From: a virus
Virus record (IMG/VR): IMGVR_UViG_3300046170_000299
Reading direction: 5' to 3' (one strand)
DNA: 64,000 nucleotides
In this document: one piece after another, positions 9,091 through 18,168 of the stretch
Position numbering within the stretch: the stretch's first letter is position 1
How the letters are laid out: the number at the start of each line of letters is the position of its first letter
Made by a program: the position numbers and the translations under genes
The notes under the pieces: generated by a model
The model's input: only the letters and a program-made list of their open reading frames with translations
Database searches by the model: none
What the model was told of the DNA's origin: nothing

Positions 9091-10248
9091 ATGTCAGACA
9101 AGCTTAACGAAAAGTTTGAGGAATTCGTTACCGAGCAAAAGGTGATCGTAGAGAACGCGGCAGATCCAATGCCTACTGTTTCTGCAACTGTTATCCCTGG
9201 CACTGGTAGTGAACCCACTCAGGTCTCTGACGCACAGACTAGTTCTGGTAGCGGCAAAGATCCCCAACCAAAAGTAGACCCTTCTGCTGCTCCAGCAGGT
9301 CAGTCAGTAACTGATCTTGGTGGTACATCGACTGCTCCTAACGAAGACGACGATGACGGCGAAGAAAATCCTGGCGCTAAAGCCGCTGCACCCATCTCTC
9401 AAGTATCGGGTGATCCTCAACAGCGTGCAGGCGACTCTCCTGATGCTGCCCCTTCAGTTGGTGCTGAAGTTGCATATGGAACCAAGGTAGGTGGTCCTGT
9501 TGGTTATCCTATCAAACCTTCGTTTGAGGAACTTGATGTTTCCGCTGACGTTGCTGCCCTAGTAGAGGGCACAGAACTCTCAGAAGAGTTTGCTGAAAAG
9601 GCAAAGACAATCTTTGAAGCTGCCGTTAAAGCAAAAATTTCTGAAGAGTATGACAAGCTTGTAGAACACTTTGCCACTGAATTGGATAAGCAAGTAGATG
9701 CCGCTAAGGCAGAACTATCCGAAGAAGTTAACGGCACTGTGAACTACGCCATCGGTACATGGATGGAGCAAAACCAAGTTGCTGTGGACCGTGGAATCAG
9801 AAATGAGATTACTGAAGACTTCATCGCAGGTCTGAAGGGTCTCTTTGAAGAGCACTATATCGCTATCCCCGACGAGAAAGTTGACGTGGTAGAAGGTATG
9901 GCTGACTCTATTCGTGAAATGGAAGAGCGCCTTGACGAACAGGTCAAAGCTAATGTGAAATTACAACAACGTCTTAACGAGACTGCCAAACTCAATATTC
10001 TGAACACTGTTTCAGAAGGACTTGCAGATACTCAGAAGGACAAACTCGCTGCACTCTCTGAGGGTGTTGAGTTTACTACCGAGGAAGAGTTCTCCAAGAA
10101 GGTGAAAACCATTAAGGAGTCCTATTTCAAGGAAGCAACTGTAACTCAAAGTGAAGTTGCAGACGAAACTCCAGTAGAAGGAGAGAACGCAGAGGTAACA
10201 CCAGCAATGGCACAATACCTTACCGCACTCAACCACTGGAAATCCTGA
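9091..10248 (+). CDS. gp22: prohead scaffold protein gp22
   Basis: Acidic coiled coil with AKTIFEAAV and GLFEEHYI, lying between gp21 and gp23. Confidence 0.93.
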   Translation: MSDKLNEKFEEFVTEQKVIVENAADPMPTVSATVIPGTGSEPTQVSDAQTSSGSGKDPQPKVDPSAAPAGQSVTDLGGTSTAPNEDDDDGEENPGAKAAAPISQVSGDPQQRAGDSPDAAPSVGAEVAYGTKVGGPVGYPIKPSFEELDVSADVAALVEGTELSEEFAEKAKTIFEAAVKAKISEEYDKLVEHFATELDKQVDAAKAELSEEVNGTVNYAIGTWMEQNQVAVDRGIRNEITEDFIAGLKGLFEEHYIAIPDEKVDVVEGMADSIREMEERLDEQVKANVKLQQRLNETAKLNILNTVSEGLADTQKDKLAALSEGVEFTTEEEFSKKVKTIKESYFKEATVTQSEVADETPVEGENAEVTPAMAQYLTALNHWKS

Positions 10249-10292
10249 TAATAACTAACCCATAAATTTTTAATTCGGAGCAATTAAACAAA

Positions 10293-11717
10293 ATGTTTAA
10301 CTCAAAAGCTCTAACCGAAAAGTGGGCACCTGTTCTAGGTCATGAAGGCTCTGTTGCCATCAAAGACAATTATAGAAAGGCTGTTACCGCTGTTCTGTTA
10401 GAAAACACAGAATCACAACTACGTGAAGAGCGTGGTATGATCAACGAAGCATCCAACACTGTTGGTGCTATCGGTACAAACGCACTATCTGGTAGCGGTC
10501 TCGGTACTCAAACTGGTGGACTTGCAGGTTTCGATCCTGTAATGATCTCCCTAATCCGTCGTGCCATGCCTAACTTGGTAGCATACGACATCTGTGGCGT
10601 TCAACCAATGAGCGGTCCTACTGGACTAATCTTTGCAATGAAGTCACATTACCAAGAGAATGGCGCTGCACTACGCGCTGGTTCAGAAGCACTCTACAAC
10701 GAGCCTGACACCAACTTCTCTGGTAACTCACAGGGTCCTGCAGCATACAACGACCCCGTTTCTCCTCTTGGAGACGGTGGTACTACTGATGCTAACCCTG
10801 CACTGCTTAACGACGCTACAGGCGGCGGCACAACTGCTGCTAACTACGAGCGCCAAGCAGGCAACATCGCTAGAGAAGATGCAGAAGCACTAGGATCGGG
10901 TTCAACCCTATTCAACGAGATGAGCTTCAGCATCGAGAAGACTTCTGTTACTGCAAAGACTCGTGCTTTGAAAGCAGAATACACTCTAGAACTTGCTCAA
11001 GACTTGAAAGCAATTCATGGTCTTGATGCTGAGCAGGAACTTGCTAACTTACTGTCTAGTGAGATCCTTGCTGAAATCAACCGTGAAGTTGTTAGAACCG
11101 TTTACACTGTCGCTAAGTCTGGCGCACAGAACAACGTTGCTAACGCTGGCGTATTTGACCTCGACGTTGACAGCAACGGCAGATGGTCTGTTGAGAAATT
11201 CAAGGGACTTATGTTCCAGATTGAAAGAGATGCTAACGCTATCGCGCAGCAAACTCGTAGAGGAAAGGGCAACTTCATCATCACTTCTGCTGATGTAGCT
11301 TCTGCTCTTGCCATGTCTGGCACACTCGACTATTCCTCAGGTCTAAGCGGCGCTGGTGGTCCTTCCATCGGTGAAGTTGATGACACAGGTAACCTACTTG
11401 TAGGTACAATGAACGGACGCATTAAGGTCTTTGTTGATCCTTACTCTGCTAACGTTTCTAACACCCACTACTACGTAGTTGGTTATAAGGGTTCTTCACC
11501 TTATGACAGTGGACTGTTCTACTGCCCATACGTTCCCCTACAAATGCTCAGAAGCATTGACCCTAGCACCTTCCAGCCCAAGATTGGCTTCAAGACACGC
11601 TACGGTATGGTTGCTAACCCATTCGTTGTACAGAGCAACGGCACACCTGATGCCGAGGCACTTACACACAACCGCAACCAGTATTACAGACGTGTTCGCG
11701 TTGCGAACCTCACCTGA
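10293..11717 (+). CDS. gp23: major capsid protein gp23
   Basis: CGVQPMSGPTGLIFAM, EYTLELAQDLKAIHGLDAE, FQPKIGFKTRYG. Confidence 0.98.
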   Translation: MFNSKALTEKWAPVLGHEGSVAIKDNYRKAVTAVLLENTESQLREERGMINEASNTVGAIGTNALSGSGLGTQTGGLAGFDPVMISLIRRAMPNLVAYDICGVQPMSGPTGLIFAMKSHYQENGAALRAGSEALYNEPDTNFSGNSQGPAAYNDPVSPLGDGGTTDANPALLNDATGGGTTAANYERQAGNIAREDAEALGSGSTLFNEMSFSIEKTSVTAKTRALKAEYTLELAQDLKAIHGLDAEQELANLLSSEILAEINREVVRTVYTVAKSGAQNNVANAGVFDLDVDSNGRWSVEKFKGLMFQIERDANAIAQQTRRGKGNFIITSADVASALAMSGTLDYSSGLSGAGGPSIGEVDDTGNLLVGTMNGRIKVFVDPYSANVSNTHYYVVGYKGSSPYDSGLFYCPYVPLQMLRSIDPSTFQPKIGFKTRYGMVANPFVVQSNGTPDAEALTHNRNQYYRRVRVANLT

Positions 11718-11737
11718 TACGGTTACGAAATCAACAC

Positions 11738-11763
11738 AGGGACCCTACGGGGTCCCTTTTTTT
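11738..11763 (+). terminator. intrinsic terminator after gp23
   Basis: AGGGACCC-TACG-GGGTCCCT followed by a T-tract. Confidence 0.9.
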
Positions 11764-11796
11764 GTGCTTAAATAGAAGCAGTATCTCTGAATTACT

Positions 11797-11961
11797 ATGC
11801 CCCGTGGTAGCTTACATAAAACTGATATGCTTGCAAAGGTGTATAAATTAAAAACAGATTTATACGATGGAGTACACGACAAGAGAACAGGGCAATGGCA
11901 CGATGGTGCTCATGACACTTTGAATACTGTGCTAGATATACTAAACGAATATTCGCAATGA
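11797..11961 (+). CDS. small hypothetical protein (54 aa)
   Basis: MPRGSLHKTDMLAKVYKLK...WHDGAHDTLNTVLDILNEYSQ*; preceded by TAAATA at 11769; ATGA-coupled to the next gene. Confidence 0.65.
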   Translation: MPRGSLHKTDMLAKVYKLKTDLYDGVHDKRTGQWHDGAHDTLNTVLDILNEYSQ

Positions 11962-12140
11962 ACCAATCATTAGTATTATTGTTTTGTTTGTCACCACTAG
12001 CAGTAATTTTTATTGTAATGAAATTTGCTGTCTGGTTATCAGAAGCATCATCATTTAAATCAGAAACTGAAAGGTTAAAACGTATGCAACACGGACCATA
12101 TGAAGTATGGGACGAAGAGGAGGAACTAGATGACTGGTGA
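11958..12140 (+). CDS. small membrane protein
   Basis: 60 aa, N-terminal TM segment and acidic tail. Confidence 0.6.
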   Translation: MNQSLVLLFCLSPLAVIFIVMKFAVWLSEASSFKSETERLKRMQHGPYEVWDEEEELDDW

Positions 12141-12205
12141 TTTAGATAATAAAAATATTACAGATGCTACAAACTCAGACAAAGACTGGGAAGACTTTTG
12201 GAACA

Positions 12206-12526
12206 ATGAAGACAAACCAGACTAACTACACAAAAGAAGAAATTGATATATTAATTGAAGAAGCAGTAGAAAGAGCAGTTAGTGAAGCTAGAAAAATAGA
12301 TGAAGCTTCAATGGCAAAGCATAATCGGGATGCTACTGTTATCAGTATGATCTTAGGATTTACAACTCTTGCATTATTTGTGGATGGTTTACTTCGTTTG
12401 CTTGGTATCATCCCACCGTTCATGCACATAGATGTGGACTTGTTGGATAAAGTTGTTAGTAGAGTTGAATCCGATGTTATTGACAAATTAAAACAAGTTC
12501 CTATTCAAAGAGTATTTCAACGCTAA
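12206..12526 (+). CDS. hypothetical membrane protein (start uncertain)
   Basis: Track ORF 12164-12526; TM segment VISMILGFTTLALFVDGLLRLLGII. Confidence 0.65.
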   Translation: MKTNQTNYTKEEIDILIEEAVERAVSEARKIDEASMAKHNRDATVISMILGFTTLALFVDGLLRLLGIIPPFMHIDVDLLDKVVSRVESDVIDKLKQVPIQRVFQR

Positions 12527-12553
12527 TAAATACTTATAGCTTGGGAAGTTGAT

Positions 12554-13075
12554 ATGTCTGCTGAATGGTATAAAGAACAACCTAGGAATAGGAACTTCTT
12601 AAACCCTATTGGTTATCTCCTCAAATTAGAAAAATTTGCAGGGGTAGATTTCTTTTGCCAATCAGCAAATGTTCCTGACGTACAAATGCCAACCACGGAA
12701 GTACCGACTCGTTTTAGAAACGTGCCTGTCATTCCTGGCGGTGGAGTAACGTTTGGGGATTTTACTGTGCGTTTTATTGTTGACGAAGATCTAGTCAATT
12801 ATAACTCTATTCATAAATGGATGAGAGATAATGGCAATGCAGATCAGATGCAACGTACAACAAATGAGTTAGACATTTACACCAACGCACAATTACATAT
12901 TGCTACTTCGCAATACAATCCAGCATTTGTTGTAGAGTTTCGGGATATATTTCCTGTATCTTTGAGTAACCTACAATTTGATGCTACAATAACTGATGTG
13001 GAATATATTACTGCAGAGGTGACATTTAAACACCAGCAGTTCTTCCTTCGTGATAAACAAATGAAATCTTTATGA
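12554..13075 (+). CDS. gp3: tail completion / tube terminator gp3
   Basis: NRNFL, VDFFCQSANVP, FIVDEDLVNY; preceded by TAAATA at 12527. Confidence 0.88.
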   Translation: MSAEWYKEQPRNRNFLNPIGYLLKLEKFAGVDFFCQSANVPDVQMPTTEVPTRFRNVPVIPGGGVTFGDFTVRFIVDEDLVNYNSIHKWMRDNGNADQMQRTTNELDIYTNAQLHIATSQYNPAFVVEFRDIFPVSLSNLQFDATITDVEYITAEVTFKHQQFFLRDKQMKSL

Positions 13076-13545
13076 ATTTTGAATCTCTTCGTAATAAATT
13101 TGAAAAATTGAGAGAAGACTGGGCGGAAGATTCTGCAGTTGACTTTCAATTCAAGAACAAACAGTATAGCACAGATCTGGGACAACTCGCTTTAAACATC
13201 CCTTTCCAACACAATAAATACTTAAACCATTACACTGACATCTCACAGATCAAAGCTTCACTTGAATTTGAGATCCGTAAATTGGTTAGGGAAAAGCGCG
13301 AGTATTACTCTGGAGAGGCAGACGCCAAAATCTACGCCGCTAAACCATTTGGATCAAGCATTAAGACTTCCGAGAAAATGAAAACATACCTTGAGAGTGA
13401 TGATGAGATCATCAACCTTGAGGCAAAAATCAAGTATCTAGATCAGATGTTGTACTGGTTGGATCAAGTCATGCGTCAAATTTCTAATAGAGGGTTTCAG
13501 GTCAAGAGTGCCATTGAGTGGGAGAAATTTGTTAACGGACAATGA
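13072..13545 (+). CDS. uvsY: recombination mediator UvsY
   Basis: EYYSG, YLESDDE, RGFQVKSAIEWEKF. Confidence 0.88.
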   Translation: MNFESLRNKFEKLREDWAEDSAVDFQFKNKQYSTDLGQLALNIPFQHNKYLNHYTDISQIKASLEFEIRKLVREKREYYSGEADAKIYAAKPFGSSIKTSEKMKTYLESDDEIINLEAKIKYLDQMLYWLDQVMRQISNRGFQVKSAIEWEKFVNGQ

Positions 13546-15014
13546 TGACCACCCTTTCTATTAAGAAGAAGAACGAAGTTTACATTACGATTAATTCTAA
13601 GGAACCACATGTTCATCAAGAATTGTCTGATTACTTTACCTTTGAAGTTCCTGAAGCTAAGTTCTTAAAAAAGAATCCCAGATACAAATACTGGGATGGA
13701 ACTATTCGTTTGTATTCACCAGGTACAGGTGAATTGTATCATGGTTTAAGAAAACATTTAGAGACATGGGCATACGAAAGACAATACCATATTGAGTATG
13801 AAAAGAATGATTGGTATGGAGATGTAGAAGACCCAAACGGTTTTGTTTCTCCTGCTGGTGTAAAGACATTCATGGATAGAATTGTCCATGGCGATATTAA
13901 ACCTCGTGACTATCAATATCGTGCAGTCTACGAAGCTATAAAAAATAATCGAAAGTTACTTCTTTCTCCTACGGGATCTGGGAAGTCTCTTATGATCTAT
14001 GCCCTCGTCAGATACTATACTGCTACCAACAAGAAGACGTTGATCATCGTCCCTACTACGTCCCTCGTAGAACAAATGGTCAATGACTTTAACGATTACG
14101 GGTGGAATGCTGACGATCATGTGCATAAGATATATTCAGGCAAAGATAAAAATACTGACAAACCAATTATTATTTCAACCTGGCAATCAATCTACAAGTT
14201 CCCAAAAAGATACTTTGATGATATTGATTGTGTTATCGGTGATGAAGCACACCTATTTAAGTCGAAGTCCCTCACAGGAATCATGACTAAGTTACACAAT
14301 GCCAAGTACCGTTTTGGTTTTACTGGAACACTTGATGGTAGCAAAACACACAAGTGGGTACTAGAAGGATTGTTTGGTGATTGTGAGCGTGTAACTAAAA
14401 CAGATGATCTAATCAAATCTGGTTATCTTTCTAAATTTAGGATCAAAATTTTACTTTGTAAACATGCTCCGCAACACTTTGAATCATATCATGATGAGAT
14501 TGATTACTTGGTAGAGCATCGTGGAAGAAATAATATTATTAAAAACCTAGTTAAAGATATTGAAGGCAATACCCTAGTACTATTTAACTACATTGAAAAG
14601 CATGGGGAACCACTTTATGAGTTGATAAATAATACCATAGACCCCGAACGAAAACTATTTTTTGTTCATGGTGGTACTGATGTAGAAGATAGAGAAGCTG
14701 TTCGTCAAATTACCGAGACGGAAAATAACGCTGTTATTATTGCTTCTTACGGAACTTTTTCTACAGGAATTAATATTAAACGATTACACAATATTATATT
14801 TGCTTCTCCAAGCAAGTCACGCATTCGTAACCTCCAATCAATTGGTCGTGTACTTAGGAAAGGTGAAGGTAAAGATATTGCAACTTTATACGATATCGCT
14901 GATGACATCGGCGGTCAGAATTATACGCTTCGGCACTTGAATGAAAGAGTCAACATTTATAATGATGAAAATTTTAAGTATGAGGTAATAAAAGTAAACC
15001 TTAGAGCAAGTTAA
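13542..15014 (+). CDS. uvsW: SF2 helicase UvsW
   Basis: PRDYQ, SPTGSGKS, DEAH, FSTGINIK, LQSIGRVLR. Confidence 0.96.
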   Translation: MMTTLSIKKKNEVYITINSKEPHVHQELSDYFTFEVPEAKFLKKNPRYKYWDGTIRLYSPGTGELYHGLRKHLETWAYERQYHIEYEKNDWYGDVEDPNGFVSPAGVKTFMDRIVHGDIKPRDYQYRAVYEAIKNNRKLLLSPTGSGKSLMIYALVRYYTATNKKTLIIVPTTSLVEQMVNDFNDYGWNADDHVHKIYSGKDKNTDKPIIISTWQSIYKFPKRYFDDIDCVIGDEAHLFKSKSLTGIMTKLHNAKYRFGFTGTLDGSKTHKWVLEGLFGDCERVTKTDDLIKSGYLSKFRIKILLCKHAPQHFESYHDEIDYLVEHRGRNNIIKNLVKDIEGNTLVLFNYIEKHGEPLYELINNTIDPERKLFFVHGGTDVEDREAVRQITETENNAVIIASYGTFSTGINIKRLHNIIFASPSKSRIRNLQSIGRVLRKGEGKDIATLYDIADDIGGQNYTLRHLNERVNIYNDENFKYEVIKVNLRAS

Positions 15015-15015
15015 T

Positions 15016-15414
15016 ATGGATGAAGAATTTTATGCAACAATAAAATTAACAACTGGAGAGGAGATAGTATCTAAAGTCTGTTACTTAGAGGATGAAGACA
15101 AAGTACTATTAGAAAACCCGCTCCAAGTTCTAGCTGCAAAACAAAGGAAAGGTCAATTAGAAGTATCTGGTTTTTCTTTTAGTGAATGGATCAGCGCCTC
15201 GTTTGATAACATGTATATTATTAAACGTGATCATATTATGACGATGACTGAAATCGATGGACAGATTCTAGAGTTCTATGAAAAAACCTTACAAAGGTTA
15301 GAGAATGGAAAGAGTCTAACTGGAAGAGCAGGAAAATTACCTCGCGAATCTGGTTACTTAGGTTCAGTAAATCAAATGAAAAAATCTTTAGAGGATATCT
15401 TTAATAAAAGCTAA
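15016..15414 (+). CDS. Sm-like fold protein
   Basis: IKLTTGEEIVSKV...LLENPL...W...I..DHIMTM pattern, shared with the ORFs at 28988, 29332 and 29699. Confidence 0.65.
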   Translation: MDEEFYATIKLTTGEEIVSKVCYLEDEDKVLLENPLQVLAAKQRKGQLEVSGFSFSEWISASFDNMYIIKRDHIMTMTEIDGQILEFYEKTLQRLENGKSLTGRAGKLPRESGYLGSVNQMKKSLEDIFNKS

Positions 15415-15442
15415 TACCTTGACCTGAACCTCTACAAGGTTA

Positions 15443-15471
15443 ATTGTACTCAGTTTATGAGGTTCTGTCAA
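15443..15471 (-). promoter_or_regulatory. antisense sigma70-type promoter
   Basis: Minus strand reads TTGACA (15471-15466), 17 nt spacer, TACAAT (15448-15443). Confidence 0.7.
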
Positions 15472-15476
15472 GCCCC

Positions 15477-15505
15477 TTTACAAATCCATTTCATTGTGCT
15501 ATTCT
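15477..15505 (+). promoter_or_regulatory. sigma70-type promoter for gp55
   Basis: TTTACA, 17 nt spacer, TATTCT. Confidence 0.6.
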
Positions 15506-15530
15506 AAGTACATGATAATGGTAACAAACC

Positions 15531-16037
15531 ATGGCATATGCAGTAATGACCCGAAAAAAGACTGAATACTACGTCAACAATAAAGAGTTCCTTGCTGCGA
15601 TCACTGACTATCGGCAGAAAGTTCATGCCGCTAAAGAAGCAGGCAACCCACGCCCACGAGTCACCAATTATATTGGTTCTTGCTTTCTAAAGATCGCAAC
15701 ACACCTATCTTATAAACCAAACTTTGTCAACTATATGTTCCGTGAGGACATGATCTGTGACGGCATTGAAAATTGCCTCCAGTATATTGACAACTTCGAC
15801 CCAGAAAAATCCAAGAACCCATTTGCTTATTTCACTCAGATCATTTACTACGCATTCTTGCGTAGGATCCAAAAAGAAAAGAAGCAGCTAGAGATCAAAG
15901 GCAAGATCCTAGAGAGGTCAGGATATGATGAGGTTATGCACACAGACACATATGATGGTAGTATGTCTGGTATGAATGCTTCCTATTCTGATATGGGCAG
16001 CATCAAAGAAAATATTGAAACTAAAATGAATCGTTGA
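15531..16037 (+). CDS. gp55: late-transcription sigma factor gp55
   Basis: YVNNKEFL, NYMFREDMICDGIENCLQY, NPFAYFTQIIYYAFLRRI. Confidence 0.96.
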   Translation: MAYAVMTRKKTEYYVNNKEFLAAITDYRQKVHAAKEAGNPRPRVTNYIGSCFLKIATHLSYKPNFVNYMFREDMICDGIENCLQYIDNFDPEKSKNPFAYFTQIIYYAFLRRIQKEKKQLEIKGKILERSGYDEVMHTDTYDGSMSGMNASYSDMGSIKENIETKMNR

Positions 16038-16195
16038 TGACTGACCCGAATGCCCTGTGGGAAGATATGAGGAGGTTAAACTCTTTGTATGAAGAACTTT
16101 GTTGGGACCATGATGATGAACTTGTGTTCACACATGATGGTAACCGAGTGATTATCCTTAATAAAACACAAGAAAAACATGAGTGGAGATTATGA
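16037..16195 (+). CDS. small hypothetical protein (52 aa)
   Basis: MTDPNALWEDMRRLNSLYEELCWDHDDELVF...*; the ATG overlaps the gp55 stop. Confidence 0.55.
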   Translation: MTDPNALWEDMRRLNSLYEELCWDHDDELVFTHDGNRVIILNKTQEKHEWRL

Positions 16196-16418
16196 AACCT
16201 ACGAATGGCATGAAACGCCCTATGGAGAATTCCGTGTCGAGAAGAAACGCTTTGGAACGTGGACTAGCTTTAGTAAAGACGGTAAGGAACTCATCACAGG
16301 ACTTACGAGGGAAGCTGTCACTCAAGGAACACCATTTCATCTCGAAGGAGTCGCTACAAATTGGGCGAACTGTCGCACATCAGACCCGTATGACGGAACA
16401 GTTGGAGGAAAATTATGA
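16179..16418 (+). CDS. hypothetical protein
   Basis: 79 aa, Trp/Tyr-rich, coupled to the next ORF. Confidence 0.7.
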   Translation: MSGDYETYEWHETPYGEFRVEKKRFGTWTSFSKDGKELITGLTREAVTQGTPFHLEGVATNWANCRTSDPYDGTVGGKL

Positions 16419-16642
16419 AACAAACTGAAAACTATGAACAACTGATTGAGCGTTTCACAAAGAGAACTAATCAGTTAACTGAGAAAAAAGAACTCTTACA
16501 AGAAGCGTATGAGGAATACATTAGAATTGAAAGAGACCTGACTAGACTGGAAGGTTCTCTACAAGCTATTGAATATGTTGCATATGGTAAAATGCCAGGC
16601 GACGGTAATCATGATAAGTTTAAAGATCATATTCCTCAATGA
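16415..16642 (+). CDS. hypothetical coiled-coil protein
   Basis: 75 aa, ATGA overlaps on both sides. Confidence 0.7.
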   Translation: MKQTENYEQLIERFTKRTNQLTEKKELLQEAYEEYIRIERDLTRLEGSLQAIEYVAYGKMPGDGNHDKFKDHIPQ

Positions 16643-16896
16643 AACTAACACAAGAAGTTATTGACCAGATCCAAGAAGCAATGAACCATACTAAAAAAGA
16701 TGGTTCATTTAATTGGAAAGATGATGATGAAATTCGAGTCAGTATTGCAGGTACATTTGCTGCTGATAAGTTTATTGTGATACACAATACATCAAAAAAC
16801 CCTTGGGTGCCATCTGCCCCACATCCTAGATTTGATTACGAAAAAGGAGAGTTTATTAAAGATGAAGATAGCACTAATAACGGATCAGCATCTTGA
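16639..16896 (+). CDS. hypothetical protein
   Basis: 85 aa, ATGA overlap. Confidence 0.65.
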   Translation: MKLTQEVIDQIQEAMNHTKKDGSFNWKDDDEIRVSIAGTFAADKFIVIHNTSKNPWVPSAPHPRFDYEKGEFIKDEDSTNNGSAS

Positions 16897-17902
16897 TGGA
16901 CGGAAGGGTTCTTTGCCCTTTTGGAATTACTTCCAGAAATTTTATGACAATGTATTCTTTCCAACCCTTGAAAAGGAAGGTATCGATACTATCATTGATC
17001 TAGGTGACACTTTTGATAATCGAAAGTCAATGGATTATAATACCTTTAATCGTGTTGACACTAATTATTTCAAACGATTAGTAGATTATAACGTTCATAT
17101 GATCTTGGGTAATCATTGTACTTACTATAAAAATACAAACAAAATTAATTCACCCGAACTTCTTCTGGAGAAGTATACCAACATCAACATCTACGCTGAA
17201 CCAAAACACATTAAGCTTGGTAGCAAAAAGTTTTTGATGATGCCATGGATCAATTCAGAAAATAAAAGTAGTAGCGTAGATGTTATGACAAACTCTGACG
17301 CTGATATTATGTGTGGTCATCTAGAGTGTGATGGATTTGAAGTTACACCTGGCATGAAATTTGATGGTGGATTTAGAGTTTCTGATTTTAAAAACTTTAA
17401 ACGAGTATGGTCAGGACATTTTCATCATAAGTCAAAGCATGGGAATGTCCAGTATCTTGGTAACCCCTATCAGATGTTTTGGAATGATTATAAAGACTCT
17501 CGCGGTTTCCATATCTACGATACTGAAAGTGATAGACTTAAGTTTATCAGAAATCCGTATGAAATCTTTGAAAAGATCTTCTATGATGATGCAGCTACCG
17601 ACTACAACAAATCAGATGTATCTGATTATAAAGACAAGTTCATCAAACTCATCGTTGAAGAAAAACGTGACTACCAAATGTTTGAAACATTGGTTGATCG
17701 CCTTTACAACGTAGGTGCTCATGATGTAAAAATTGTTGAGACTTTAGTTGATGCAGATAACATCGAAGATGCAGATCTTGAAACTAAAGACACAATGACT
17801 CTTCTCAATGAATATATTGATGAAGTAGAGATTGCCGTAGACAAAAGTGAACTCAAGTCCTTGATGAGAACACTATATATTGAAAGCTGCAATGTTGCAT
17901 AA
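16862..17902 (+). CDS. gp47: recombination endonuclease gp47 (Mre11/SbcD-like)
   Basis: MKIALITDQH, DLGDTFD, ILGNH, SGHFHH phosphoesterase motifs. Confidence 0.95.
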   Translation: MKIALITDQHLDGRKGSLPFWNYFQKFYDNVFFPTLEKEGIDTIIDLGDTFDNRKSMDYNTFNRVDTNYFKRLVDYNVHMILGNHCTYYKNTNKINSPELLLEKYTNINIYAEPKHIKLGSKKFLMMPWINSENKSSSVDVMTNSDADIMCGHLECDGFEVTPGMKFDGGFRVSDFKNFKRVWSGHFHHKSKHGNVQYLGNPYQMFWNDYKDSRGFHIYDTESDRLKFIRNPYEIFEKIFYDDAATDYNKSDVSDYKDKFIKLIVEEKRDYQMFETLVDRLYNVGAHDVKIVETLVDADNIEDADLETKDTMTLLNEYIDEVEIAVDKSELKSLMRTLYIESCNVA

Positions 17903-18168
17903 TGTTTGTTCTAACATTAGAAAATCATCCAGATGGTGTATACTCTGTGTTTGATGCGGCAGAGGATAGGGTTATACCTATCTTTATGGACAATGATGAT
18001 GCAGCAAGATACTTGATGATGATGGAAGAGGATATTGAATATCCTCCAATGCAGGTTGTGGAAATGGAAGATCATGTTATAATAGGAGCATGTCAAGACC
18101 GTGGTCAAAAATTTTCCATCATCACGCCTGACGATTTTTTGATACCACCTGAAGATTCTGCAGAATGA
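17902..18168 (+). CDS. hypothetical protein
   Basis: 88 aa between gp47 and gp46. Confidence 0.7.
   Translation: MFVLTLENHPDGVYSVFDAAEDRVIPIFMDNDDAARYLMMMEEDIEYPPMQVVEMEDHVIIGACQDRGQKFSIITPDDFLIPPEDSAE

Noticed and set aside
9091-9520. Low-complexity Pro/Ala/Asp-rich N-terminus of gp22
   Set aside because: Such extensions are usual in cyanophage scaffold proteins; no exact DNA repeat was seen.
12130-12225. 31-aa ORF MTGDLDNKNITDATNSDKDWEDFWNNEDKPD
   Set aside because: It overlaps both neighbours, has no clear SD and is too short to support; left unannotated.
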